A stretch of DNA of 64,000 bases from Vicinamibacteria bacterium. Lineage in GTDB: Bacteria; Acidobacteriota; Vicinamibacteria; Marinacidobacterales; Marinacidobacteraceae. The stretch lies in contig OY729431.1 of assembly GCA_963422395.1 (NCBI GenBank), forward strand, positions 44,449 through 108,448, written 5' to 3'. Shown piece after piece: positions 16,874 through 25,238 of the stretch. The first letter of the stretch is position 1. The number at the start of each line of letters is the position of its first letter. Made by a program: the position numbers and the translations under genes. The notes under the pieces were generated by a model, which made no database searches, was not told where the DNA came from, and saw only the letters and a program-made list of their open reading frames with translations.

Positions 16874-18251
16874 TCAGGGCGCCTCGGGCTCGGAGACCGC
16901 CACCACCGCGGTCCGAACCCCGCCGTCCCGCCAGGCGACCAGGAGTCTCTCCCGACCATCGAAAAGCAGGTCGCTCGATTCCGCCTCCGCCGGCTCGCCG
17001 CCGCTCGCTTCGCTGCTTTCCGGATCGGCTTCCTCGCCTTCCGGCTCCTCCGGCGGTGGTCCCGCCAGGCGACCAGGAGTCGTCGGCGACCCGAACGAGT
17101 TGCAGCATGCCGGACTCGCGGCCCGCAGGGCTCTCGGCCACCCGCAGCGAGGGTCCGAGGCGGCCGTCGGGCCAAGCGCGCCGCAGGCGGATCTCCGCCC
17201 GCGGGCCGCTCGCGGATTCGAGCCAGACGAAGGCCGCGCTCCCGTCGTCGAGCGACGCGGCTGCCGCGAAGCCGCGCGGAGCCCCGCCGTCCAGGCGAAT
17301 CGGGGGATCGAAGTTCGCCCCCGCGTCATCGGAGAAGGCAGCCCGAACCTCCGGCTGACCGGCCGCCATGGTGAACCAGGCGACCGCGAGGGTGCCGCCG
17401 CCGGCCGAGATCGCCGGTCCGTTCACCGGACAAGCGTTGATGGCCCAGCCGTCTTCGTGAACCGAGCGGACGGGCGTCCAGCGGCCGCGGACCTTGCGGG
17501 TGACCGAGATGTCCCGGACATCGTCGTCCGGCGGGTTTCGTTGCCGGTCCCGGAACACCACGATCGGCTCGTTCCCGACGGCGGCCATCGCGGTCGCACA
17601 GCAGCTGCAGACATCGGGATCGAGACGCTGGTCTCCCAGCCGATACCCCTGTTCGTGAAACCGGACGAGCCGAAGCGTCATGTCCCCGGGGTCCTGCGAA
17701 CCGCCCGGCGGAGTCAGGTAGGCGGCGGAGAAGCCGCCCGGCTCCGGAGCGAAGGAGACGAATCCGGAGTAGCTCTCGATGTTGCCGAGCCCCTCGGAGA
17801 ACAGCTCGCGCCAGCTCGCACCCCGGTCGGTGGAATAGGCGATCTTCAAGCCGTATCCGTAGTGGCCCTCGGCGGCGGGATTCCTGACCAGCCAGTGAGC
17901 GGCGAGCCGGTCCTCCCCGAGGGCCGCCACGCTGGGGTGGTCCGCCCAGTTGACGAACCAACCGGCGCCTTCGGCGATCGGCCGCGCCGGACCCCAGGCG
18001 TCGGTCCCGGAGCCCTCTCCGGTTCCTCCCCGCTGGAGCTCCGAAAAACGCAGTCGGTGGCCTTCGGAAAGCGGTTCGACCCAGCTCAGGAAAGCGGCGC
18101 CCTCGGGAGTTGCGCTCAATGAATACATCCCGCTCTCCTCGGCGGCGGGCGGCTTCAGGGGCGTCACCGCCTCCTGGGCGTACCCCGAGGCGGCGGCGAA
18201 CAGGACCGGAATCAGCGGGAGGGTGGGGCGCGAAGACAGCAGGCCGTTCAT
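16874..18251 (-). CDS. BNR/Asp-box repeat (sialidase-like beta-propeller) exported protein; 3' end apparently frameshifted near 17040-17100
   Basis: ATG at 18251 gives the signal peptide MNGLLSSRPTLPLIPVLFAAASGYAQE. The BNR motif YSTDRGASW and a recurring xxLAxxW blade pattern follow. After LVRVADD the main frame degenerates into an R/G-rich tail overlapping the MCO gene antisense. The plausible final blade RLLVAWRDGGVRTAVVAVSEPEAP* is in another frame and ends at 16874. Confidence 0.45.
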
Positions 18252-18345
18252 CGAAAACCCCGCGATTCTCGCACGGAAGGCGGTGCGGAATCGAAAAGAC
18301 CCGCTGTTACCATCGCGTTTTTCCGTCTGGCGAGGAATCCCGGAG

Positions 18346-19800
18346 ATGATCGAATCACCGTCCCGATACGAGCTTGCGCAAGTGCTCGCCGGCATTCTCG
18401 GCCTCGGAGTACTCCTCGCCGCGCCGGTCTCCGCTTCCGGGCAATCGGCAGCCGAGCTGCAGCCGGGCGCCCGTGGATTCGTCCAGTACGACGACCCGGT
18501 CATCGCCATCACTGGCGTGCAGTTGGTGGACGGAACCGGAGCGCCGCCGCGCCGCGGCCAGACGGTGGTCCTCGAAGGGCGCCGCATCCGGAGCGTCGGT
18601 CCGGACGGCGAAATCGCGATTCCGGAAGGGGCGCGGCAGATCGACGGCACCGAACACACCCTGATCCCGGGCCTCGTCGGGGTCCACAACCACACCTTCT
18701 ACACCACCGCGGCGCGCCATTCGCAGATGAACACCACCTCGCCGCGGCTCTATCTGGCCGCCGGGGTCACCACGATCCGCACTACCGGCAGCTATTCGCC
18801 GTACAGCGAGATCAACATGCGCCGAGCCATCGAGGCCGGCGAGATCGTCGGGCCCCGGATGCATATCACCGGCCCCTACATCTCCGGTACCGGAGCCGCC
18901 ACCTACATGACCCAGGTGGCGAGCCCGGAGGACGCTCGCCGGGTGGTCGCCTACTGGGCCGAAGAAGGCGCGAGCTGGTTCAAGGCGTACACCCGGATCT
19001 CCCGTGCCGAACTCGGCGCGGCCATCGAAGAGGCCCATCGCCTCGGCCTGCGCTTCACCGGGCACCTCTGCTCGGTGACCTTCCGGGAAGCGGTGGACCT
19101 CGGGATCGATTCGCTCGAACACGGCTTCTTCACGAACACCGAGTACCACGAAGCCAAGCAGCCGGACGAGTGCCCGCCGGACTTCCGCAGCACCCTCCGG
19201 GACATCGAAGTGGACTCCGACGCCGTGAACGCCACGATCTCCCATCTGGTCGAGAACGAAGTCGCCCTGACTTCGACCCTCGCCGTCTATGAGCTCTCCG
19301 TCCCCGGCCGTCCACCGCTCGAAGACCGCAACCTGGAGGCGCTCTCTCCGGGCGCTCGGGACGAGTACCTCGCCCGCCGGGAAGAGATCGCGGAGGCGCG
19401 CGACGCCGTCTTCCTCGATCTGTTTCCGAAGGCCCAGGCGTTCGAGTACCGCTTCTTTCGGGCGGGGGGGTTGCTCGCCGCCGGGGTGGACCCCACCGGG
19501 AACGGCGGAGCCCTGCCCGGCTTCGGCGACCAGCGGAACTACGAGCTGCTGCTCGAAGCCGAGTTCACTCCCGCCGAGGCGCTTCAGGTGATGAGCCTCA
19601 ACGGCGCCCGGGTGCTCGGGGTGGACGAAGACCTCGGCAGCATCGAGGCCGGGAAGGTCGCCGACCTCGTGCTGATCGACGGCGATCCGGTTTTCGCCCC
19701 CTTCGAGATCCGGAAGGTGGTGACCGTCTTCAAGGACGGCGTCGGCTACGACTCTCGAAAGCTCATCGCCTCGGTGCGAGGCTTGGTCGGACTCGAATAA
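18346..19800 (+). CDS. secreted metal-dependent amidohydrolase (imidazolonepropionase/Xaa-Pro dipeptidase-like family)
   Basis: ATG at 18346 after a GGAG. Signal peptide MIESPSRYELAQVLAGILGLGVLLAAPVSASG. PGLVGVHNHTFY (HxH metal site)...GHLCSV...VLGVDEDLGSIEAGKVADLVLIDGDP is the amidohydrolase C-terminal pattern. Confidence 0.7.
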   Translation: MIESPSRYELAQVLAGILGLGVLLAAPVSASGQSAAELQPGARGFVQYDDPVIAITGVQLVDGTGAPPRRGQTVVLEGRRIRSVGPDGEIAIPEGARQIDGTEHTLIPGLVGVHNHTFYTTAARHSQMNTTSPRLYLAAGVTTIRTTGSYSPYSEINMRRAIEAGEIVGPRMHITGPYISGTGAATYMTQVASPEDARRVVAYWAEEGASWFKAYTRISRAELGAAIEEAHRLGLRFTGHLCSVTFREAVDLGIDSLEHGFFTNTEYHEAKQPDECPPDFRSTLRDIEVDSDAVNATISHLVENEVALTSTLAVYELSVPGRPPLEDRNLEALSPGARDEYLARREEIAEARDAVFLDLFPKAQAFEYRFFRAGGLLAAGVDPTGNGGALPGFGDQRNYELLLEAEFTPAEALQVMSLNGARVLGVDEDLGSIEAGKVADLVLIDGDPVFAPFEIRKVVTVFKDGVGYDSRKLIASVRGLVGLE

Positions 19801-19916
19801 CCGTCAGCCCCACCGGAAGTCCACGGCTTGCTCCAGCGCCGGGCTGTGGGGCTCCGGTTGCGGCAGGAGATCGGCCGGTCGCCAGAAAGCTCCGGGGAGT
19901 CGATCCCCAGCGAGAG

Positions 19917-20672
19917 CTATTCGACGAATGGTTCGAACTCTTCGCCACTCATCGGTTCGTGCTTGTCCCAACGGCTGTGCATCTCGATCAGCAGGCGCTG
20001 CGCCGTCGGATGGGGAGCCCGATTGACCCGCACCACACTGGCCCGATACTCCCCCTTCGACTCCACCATGCTCATCGTCAGATCGTGTACGAAGTACCGT
20101 GGCGCCCACCCGATCAGGAAATAGTCCCGAGTCTGAATCTGGACGGCAGGCTGCTTCGTCGGATTCGTGAGTTCCAGTGCGACATGCAGCTTATCGCCCG
20201 GCTGGAGAGAGTCCATCCGTTCCCGCGCTGACGGATTCGTGTGCCGGAAGCCGTGGAGAAAGAACCGACAGACGAAACTCCCGTCGCCCCGCTTGACGAG
20301 CTTCGGAAACACTTCGAAAAAGTCGGTCACCCGATACCCGCCGTCCACCCACAGGATCTCCGTGGGATCCACGGACGGGTCGAGACCGAGGCCTTTCAGG
20401 TAATCCTTGAAATCCGGACGGCGAGGCGACATGACCCGGTTCCGGAAAACCGGAAAAAGTTCGGACGACTCATAATCGCCGTGCAACTCGGCGAACCCGG
20501 GGACCAGATCGAATCCTCCGGTCTTCCGGGCGCGTTCCGCGCCTTTCACATGTCGAAATCGGTACCACGGCCTCGCCTCATCCGCATCCAGGCGCCCCAC
20601 GGGGAACCACTGCCGACTCGCCGCCCGATCCTGCCACCCCAAGTAGAGTGTTCTTTCGCTCACTTCATGCAA
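19917..20672 (-). CDS. hypothetical protein; N-terminus resembles the HipA N-terminal (Couple_hipA/HipS-like) domain
   Basis: A 251-aa ORF with a TTG start overlaps the HipA-like kinase gene end by 13 nt. The N-terminus LYLGWQDRAASRQWFPVGRLDADEARPWYRFRH follows the HipA-N pattern (LxVxLxGxxVGxLxxxxxxxxxFxY). Confidence 0.4.
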   Translation of the reverse strand: MHEVSERTLYLGWQDRAASRQWFPVGRLDADEARPWYRFRHVKGAERARKTGGFDLVPGFAELHGDYESSELFPVFRNRVMSPRRPDFKDYLKGLGLDPSVDPTEILWVDGGYRVTDFFEVFPKLVKRGDGSFVCRFFLHGFRHTNPSARERMDSLQPGDKLHVALELTNPTKQPAVQIQTRDYFLIGWAPRYFVHDLTMSMVESKGEYRASVVRVNRAPHPTAQRLLIEMHSRWDKHEPMSGEEFEPFVE

Positions 20673-21679
20673 TGCGCAATCTGTGCCGCATTGTAGTGCA
20701 TCAGCGCTACGGCGAAATCTTTCGCCGATTCCGACATCCAGTCATCAGGGACCCGCCGAACGACATCTCGAAGAGCATCGCGCTGCTCCCGGACTCTGGT
20801 GATCGGCTGGCGAAACAGATCTGGATACACCTCTGCAGCCCGACGCATCAACCCGATCGGGCTCGGGCCGTAACGACCGGAGTCGGACCAGAAGACGCCG
20901 CCGCGACCTTTCTCGGAATAGCAACCCACAGTCCCGTCCTGTAAGCCACGCCTTCGTTTTTCCTCGCTGAGCTCACGGCCGAGAGAGGAAGCGTGATCGA
21001 AAGTCGGCGCGAGAAATCCACAAAGGCCAGAAGCAGTTCGCTTCACGAGAAGCCCCCAATTTTCGTGATGACGATCGGTGTTCCCGATGAGCGCATCCAG
21101 GACGATGTACCCAGCGAACTGCCGTTTGGCAATAGCCGCCGCATTCCTCGTCTTGAATGACGCCTCCAGCGTGTGAAAGATATTGCTCAGCGTGTGGGCC
21201 GACTGTCCGAAACGCTTTTCTCGATCGTAACTTATGGTGGTTCTGGAGAGCACTTCGTTACCGTGGATCAGTATCCGTCCCCTGCGTGCGAAGGACTCCG
21301 TGACGGATCCGCGCACCCCCTGAAACATGGCCAGCTTCACGCCGGCATGGTGGACACCGAGACGACCTGCCGTCTCGGCGGCGATCTTTTCCGCCCAGTG
21401 TTCTCCGCTTCCTTCCCGTGGATACTTGAACAACCAACGGTCGTCCTCGTCAACGAGTCGGTACCAGAACTTGGGTTTGCTACCCATCGCCTCCGACCCG
21501 GTCCTCCACTCCCCTTCGACTGTGACGATCCGGTACGCAGCGGAACCGCGGCCCGCGGAGAGGCTCGACTTTCGAAAGGGCTCCGGCCGCGAAGCAGGGG
21601 GCCGGCCGCCGGCGGGTTCGCCGTTCGCGATGATCACGATGCCGTGCGCGAAGACCATTCGATTCCCACCGGGTCGCAC
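20660..21679 (-). CDS. HipA-like Ser/Thr protein kinase (HipA_C core, HipT-like size)
   Basis: Gly-rich loop AMGSKPKFWY and the catalytic motif LIGNTDRHHENWGLL (HipA DxHxxN) are present, with APTFDHASSLG downstream. The start is uncertain (ATG 21679, 21658 or 21487). Confidence 0.6.
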   Translation of the reverse strand: MRPGGNRMVFAHGIVIIANGEPAGGRPPASRPEPFRKSSLSAGRGSAAYRIVTVEGEWRTGSEAMGSKPKFWYRLVDEDDRWLFKYPREGSGEHWAEKIAAETAGRLGVHHAGVKLAMFQGVRGSVTESFARRGRILIHGNEVLSRTTISYDREKRFGQSAHTLSNIFHTLEASFKTRNAAAIAKRQFAGYIVLDALIGNTDRHHENWGLLVKRTASGLCGFLAPTFDHASSLGRELSEEKRRRGLQDGTVGCYSEKGRGGVFWSDSGRYGPSPIGLMRRAAEVYPDLFRQPITRVREQRDALRDVVRRVPDDWMSESAKDFAVALMHYNAAQIAHCMK

Positions 21680-24060
21680 GCAGACTCTTCGGAAGCCGGC
21701 CTCGTCGCGCGTAGGGCGGGTGCCCGCCGACCACAGGGCCGAAGCGGTTCGCCAAGGGCGAGGGCACCCTGCGGATCGCAGTCTTCGAGGGATTTTCTCC
21801 CGACCAGATGCGGCGAACGCTCATGATCCCTTTCCGGAGGAACGAGCGAGCGGGTTTCCCATCGGGATCCGAGCACCGGCGGAACCCGCTGGGTGTATGG
21901 GCTTGCTCCGGCGCCGGGCGTCCGGTAGAGATTTCGGATTTCGGTTTCCAAGACCTGCGGGAAGCTGGCGTCTCCGATTGCGAGCAGGGTAGCGAGCGCC
22001 GCGTCGCGGTCCCCCTGCGCCTTGGCGACCAGGGCCAGGTCGAAGCGAACGGCGGCGTCGTCGAGGACCGAACCCGGCCCGATCGCGGCGGCGGCACGCA
22101 AAAAGGCCGCCTCCGCGCGGTCCAACTCGCCGGCGGCGAAGGCGGCGAGACCTTCGGTCAACGCGGTCACTTCGGGCGGCTCGGGTCCGCCGTCGATTCG
22201 CAGTCGGTACTGCGGTCCTTCGGAACCGCCGCCAGCGCCCCCGGTGCGGACGAGCTGGTTTTTGGATACGACGACGGTCCCTCCGTGCACTTCCGCGGAG
22301 CAGTCCTCCCGCAGCGGGCCCTCCGGCGGACCCCAGGAAACACAGGTTTCTCTCTCGATTTCCTCATCGATTCCTCCACTTCTTCCTTCACCCGGCTGCT
22401 CCCGGACGAACGCGAACCCCCCTTCACGGGCGGCGACCGCCGCCGCCCGTCCGGGAACGACCGAGAGCGCGCGAAGTTCGCCCGGGTCCTCGGGCCCCCG
22501 CCCGGCGGCCACGGCAGCCACGGCGGACAGGACCAGAGGCGTTCCCCCTTCGGCTTCGTAGTCCCGCTGGATCGCGAACCGGTTGCCGGCGTTCGGCGCC
22601 AGCCCGGCAGCCACCCGGAGGCGTCCGCCGGGGACCGCTCGCACCACGCGCCGGTCGAGTCGCTGCGCCTCCTCGAGCAGCCGCTCGCCGAAGCGGGGCA
22701 CGAGCTGGTCGAGCAGAGCGAGCCGCGCCGCATCCCCGGCCTGTAGGGCAGCCGCCGCGCGCAGCAGCGAAATCGCCCGAGACACTGCCCGGGGCGGCGA
22801 TTCCGCCGTGTCGCGCAGCGTGGTGCGGACCGCGTCCAACAGGCGATCCTCGATGTCCCCGAGCGGTTCGGTTCCGGCCTCGAGCCGGAGGAGGATCTCG
22901 ATCAGCTCCGCCGCGCCGCGGGGAATGTCCACGAGCGGCTGGGGACCACCGGCAACGGGAGAATCGTCCAGGAAACGGAAGAGCGAAAGCAGGCGGCGGC
23001 GCACCGAATCGTCGGCGACGATGGGAAGGCGCCAGACGGACATTCCGGCGCGAGCCGCCAGCCAGAGCGTTTCCTCCGCGGAGTCCGATCCCGGAGGGAA
23101 GGGAATCGCAGCCCGGCGCGCCACATGTCCGATCGGGCGCGGCCGGAGCGCGGACCGCGCCGAAGCCGTCTGCGGCTCGGGCTGGAACAGACCGGCGCCG
23201 GTGAGCTGGGCGATCCTCGCCATGAGGGCCAGGTCGGCATCGGGGACCGCCGCGATCAGGTCCACCGCACGGCCCCGGAGCCCGATCTGGAGATCGCCGA
23301 TCACTTCTCCGCAGCGCGGGCACCCGGGCGCTGGGAAATACAGCAACAGCGAACGCCCTTCGGCAAACGAGCGGGCGCTCGACCAGGCGCCGCCGGAAAC
23401 GGCGAGGGTGAGCGCGGGAAAGGGGGCCTCCTGAGGGATCGCCCCTTCCGGGACCCTGTTCCGGGAAGCAGCGGGAGCCCGGAAACGGAAGCGGTCCAGC
23501 GCTGCGGCCAGTCCGTTTTCGGTCCGAAAAGCACCCGACCCGCGAAGCAGGTCGAGGACTTCCACGCGGTCCGGGTCCGGCGCCGCGGCCCAGGACCGAA
23601 GCAGCAAGGCGACGCGCTCCCCGAGATCGAGCTGCGGCAGGTCGGCCAGACGCCGCCAGGTCTCCGCCCGGGGGAGGAGGACCACTGCACGGCGGTACTC
23701 CCTTTCGGCACCGACAGGATCGCCGGCGGCGGCCAGCGCGTCGCCGAGGGTCTGCCGGTAGCGGGCCCGCTCTCGCCGATACGAGGCGCGGGCCGCACCC
23801 GTGAATTCGTCGAGCAGGATGCCCGCCTCGGGCGCCTCTTCTCGCCAGCGCTCCGAAGCGAAGCGTTCCGACTGTTGCAGGGCAGCGAAAGCGCTCTCGA
23901 CCGCCGCGGCGGCGTCAGCGGCTCCGTCACTCGCATCGAGCAGCCGCCTCGCTTCGGCGTGCTCGGCCGATCCCGGCAGCTGCCCCGCGGCCCCTCCGGC
24001 AGAATGCCCGATGGGAACGAAGACCAACGCCGCGAGCGCCGCCGGCCGGAGACCGCTCAA
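21634..24060 (-). CDS. exported protein with thioredoxin-like CxxC motif and TPR-like repeats
   Basis: TTG at 24060 overlaps the TGA of the upstream aminotransferase (TTGA). The signal-like N-terminus is LSGLRPAALAALVFVPIG. LLLYFPAPGCPRCGE resembles a redoxin WCxxC site. The long Ala/Leu/Arg-rich region is helical-repeat-like. Confidence 0.45.
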   Translation of the reverse strand: MSGLRPAALAALVFVPIGHSAGGAAGQLPGSAEHAEARRLLDASDGAADAAAAVESAFAALQQSERFASERWREEAPEAGILLDEFTGAARASYRRERARYRQTLGDALAAAGDPVGAEREYRRAVVLLPRAETWRRLADLPQLDLGERVALLLRSWAAAPDPDRVEVLDLLRGSGAFRTENGLAAALDRFRFRAPAASRNRVPEGAIPQEAPFPALTLAVSGGAWSSARSFAEGRSLLLYFPAPGCPRCGEVIGDLQIGLRGRAVDLIAAVPDADLALMARIAQLTGAGLFQPEPQTASARSALRPRPIGHVARRAAIPFPPGSDSAEETLWLAARAGMSVWRLPIVADDSVRRRLLSLFRFLDDSPVAGGPQPLVDIPRGAAELIEILLRLEAGTEPLGDIEDRLLDAVRTTLRDTAESPPRAVSRAISLLRAAAALQAGDAARLALLDQLVPRFGERLLEEAQRLDRRVVRAVPGGRLRVAAGLAPNAGNRFAIQRDYEAEGGTPLVLSAVAAVAAGRGPEDPGELRALSVVPGRAAAVAAREGGFAFVREQPGEGRSGGIDEEIERETCVSWGPPEGPLREDCSAEVHGGTVVVSKNQLVRTGGAGGGSEGPQYRLRIDGGPEPPEVTALTEGLAAFAAGELDRAEAAFLRAAAAIGPGSVLDDAAVRFDLALVAKAQGDRDAALATLLAIGDASFPQVLETEIRNLYRTPGAGASPYTQRVPPVLGSRWETRSLVPPERDHERSPHLVGRKSLEDCDPQGALALGEPLRPCGRRAPALRATRPASEESACDPVGIEWSSRTAS

Positions 24061-25238
24061 CGGAGGCGCTGCAATCGTTCGACCGCCGCGTGAAGCGTCG
24101 CCGGCGTCTTGCAGAAAGCGAACCGGAGACGCTGGCGGCCCGCGGCAGGATCCGCATAGAAGCTCGAACCGGGGACCGCGGCGACACCCACGGTTTCGAC
24201 CAGGTGACGGGCGAAAGCCGCATCGTCTTCGAACCCGAACTCCGAAATGTCGGTCATCAGGTAATAGGCCCCGGCGGGCGGAAAGCAGCGAAATCCGATC
24301 TCGCTGAGTCCGGCGATGAGGAGGTCCCGGCGCTCTTCGTATCCCGACCGCAGCTCCTCGTAGTAGGAAGGGGGCAGGCGCAGCGCCGCGGCGCCCGCTT
24401 CCTGGAGCGGAGCGGCGGCGCCCACCGTCAGGAAGTCGTGGACCTTGCGGATGGCGGCGGTGATGTCCGCGGGCGCCACCGTCCAGCCGACCCTCCACCC
24501 GGTCACCGAGTACGACTTCGACAGCCCGCTGATGGTGATGGTCCGTTCCGCCATTCCCGGCAGGGTGGCGAGCGGGATGTGACGAGCGCCGTCGTAGGTG
24601 ATGAACTCGTAGATCTCGTCGGTGATCGCGACGAGATCGTGTTCCTGCGAGAGCGCCGCGATCCGGGAGAGCTCCTCCCGGCCGAACACCTTGCCGCTCG
24701 GATTCTGGGGGGAGTTGACCACGATGGCCCGGGTGCGGTCCGACACTGCCGCCCGCAGCGCGTCCTCATCGAGCGACCATTCGGGCTCCGTGAGCCGCAC
24801 ATACCGGGGAACCGCTCCGGAGAGGACGGTGTCCGGCCCGTAGTTCTCGTAGAACGGTTCGAAGACGATCACTTCGTCGCCGGGATCCACCACCGCGAGC
24901 ATGGCGGCCATCATCGCTTCGGTGGAGCCGCAAGTGACGGTGAGGTGTTCCTCGGGGTCCACCGCCATTCCGTAGATCCGGCGGTAGCGGGCGGCGAGCT
25001 CCGCCCGGAGCGAGCTGGCACCCCAGGTGATGGCGTACTGGTTGAGATCGGCGCGGATCGCGCGGACGGCCGCTTCCTTGACCGCCTCGGGAGCCGGAAA
25101 GTCGGGGAAGCCTTGGGCGAGGTTCACCGCATCGTGGGCGAGCGCGAGCCGGGTCATTTCGCGGATGACCGATTCCCCGAACTGCGCCGCCTTCGCGCTC
25201 TCCCGGTAACGGCGGGGGCGGGACGGCACAGAGATCAT
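24057..25238 (-). CDS. pyridoxal-phosphate-dependent aminotransferase, class I/II
   Basis: ATG at 25238 overlaps the upstream stop (ATGA). VNLAQGFPDFPAP...NSPQNPSGKVF...SGLSKSYSVTGWRVGW is the PLP-lysine region. Confidence 0.75.
   Translation of the reverse strand: MISVPSRPRRYRESAKAAQFGESVIREMTRLALAHDAVNLAQGFPDFPAPEAVKEAAVRAIRADLNQYAITWGASSLRAELAARYRRIYGMAVDPEEHLTVTCGSTEAMMAAMLAVVDPGDEVIVFEPFYENYGPDTVLSGAVPRYVRLTEPEWSLDEDALRAAVSDRTRAIVVNSPQNPSGKVFGREELSRIAALSQEHDLVAITDEIYEFITYDGARHIPLATLPGMAERTITISGLSKSYSVTGWRVGWTVAPADITAAIRKVHDFLTVGAAAPLQEAGAAALRLPPSYYEELRSGYEERRDLLIAGLSEIGFRCFPPAGAYYLMTDISEFGFEDDAAFARHLVETVGVAAVPGSSFYADPAAGRQRLRFAFCKTPATLHAAVERLQRLR

Noticed and set aside
16263-18695. 810-aa ORF read straight through the BNR gene
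   Set aside because: The N-terminal 148 aa and C-terminal ~270 aa are compositional junk, and the 3' part runs 513 nt antisense inside the multicopper oxidase gene. Only the signal-peptide-to-BNR core (18251 down to ~17060) is credible.
20676-20690. 15-nt exact match (GCAATCTGTGCCGCA) to MITE-A inside the hipA-like coding sequence
   Set aside because: It lies within an intact reading frame (..AQIAHC..) and has no TIR partner. It is noted but not called a copy.
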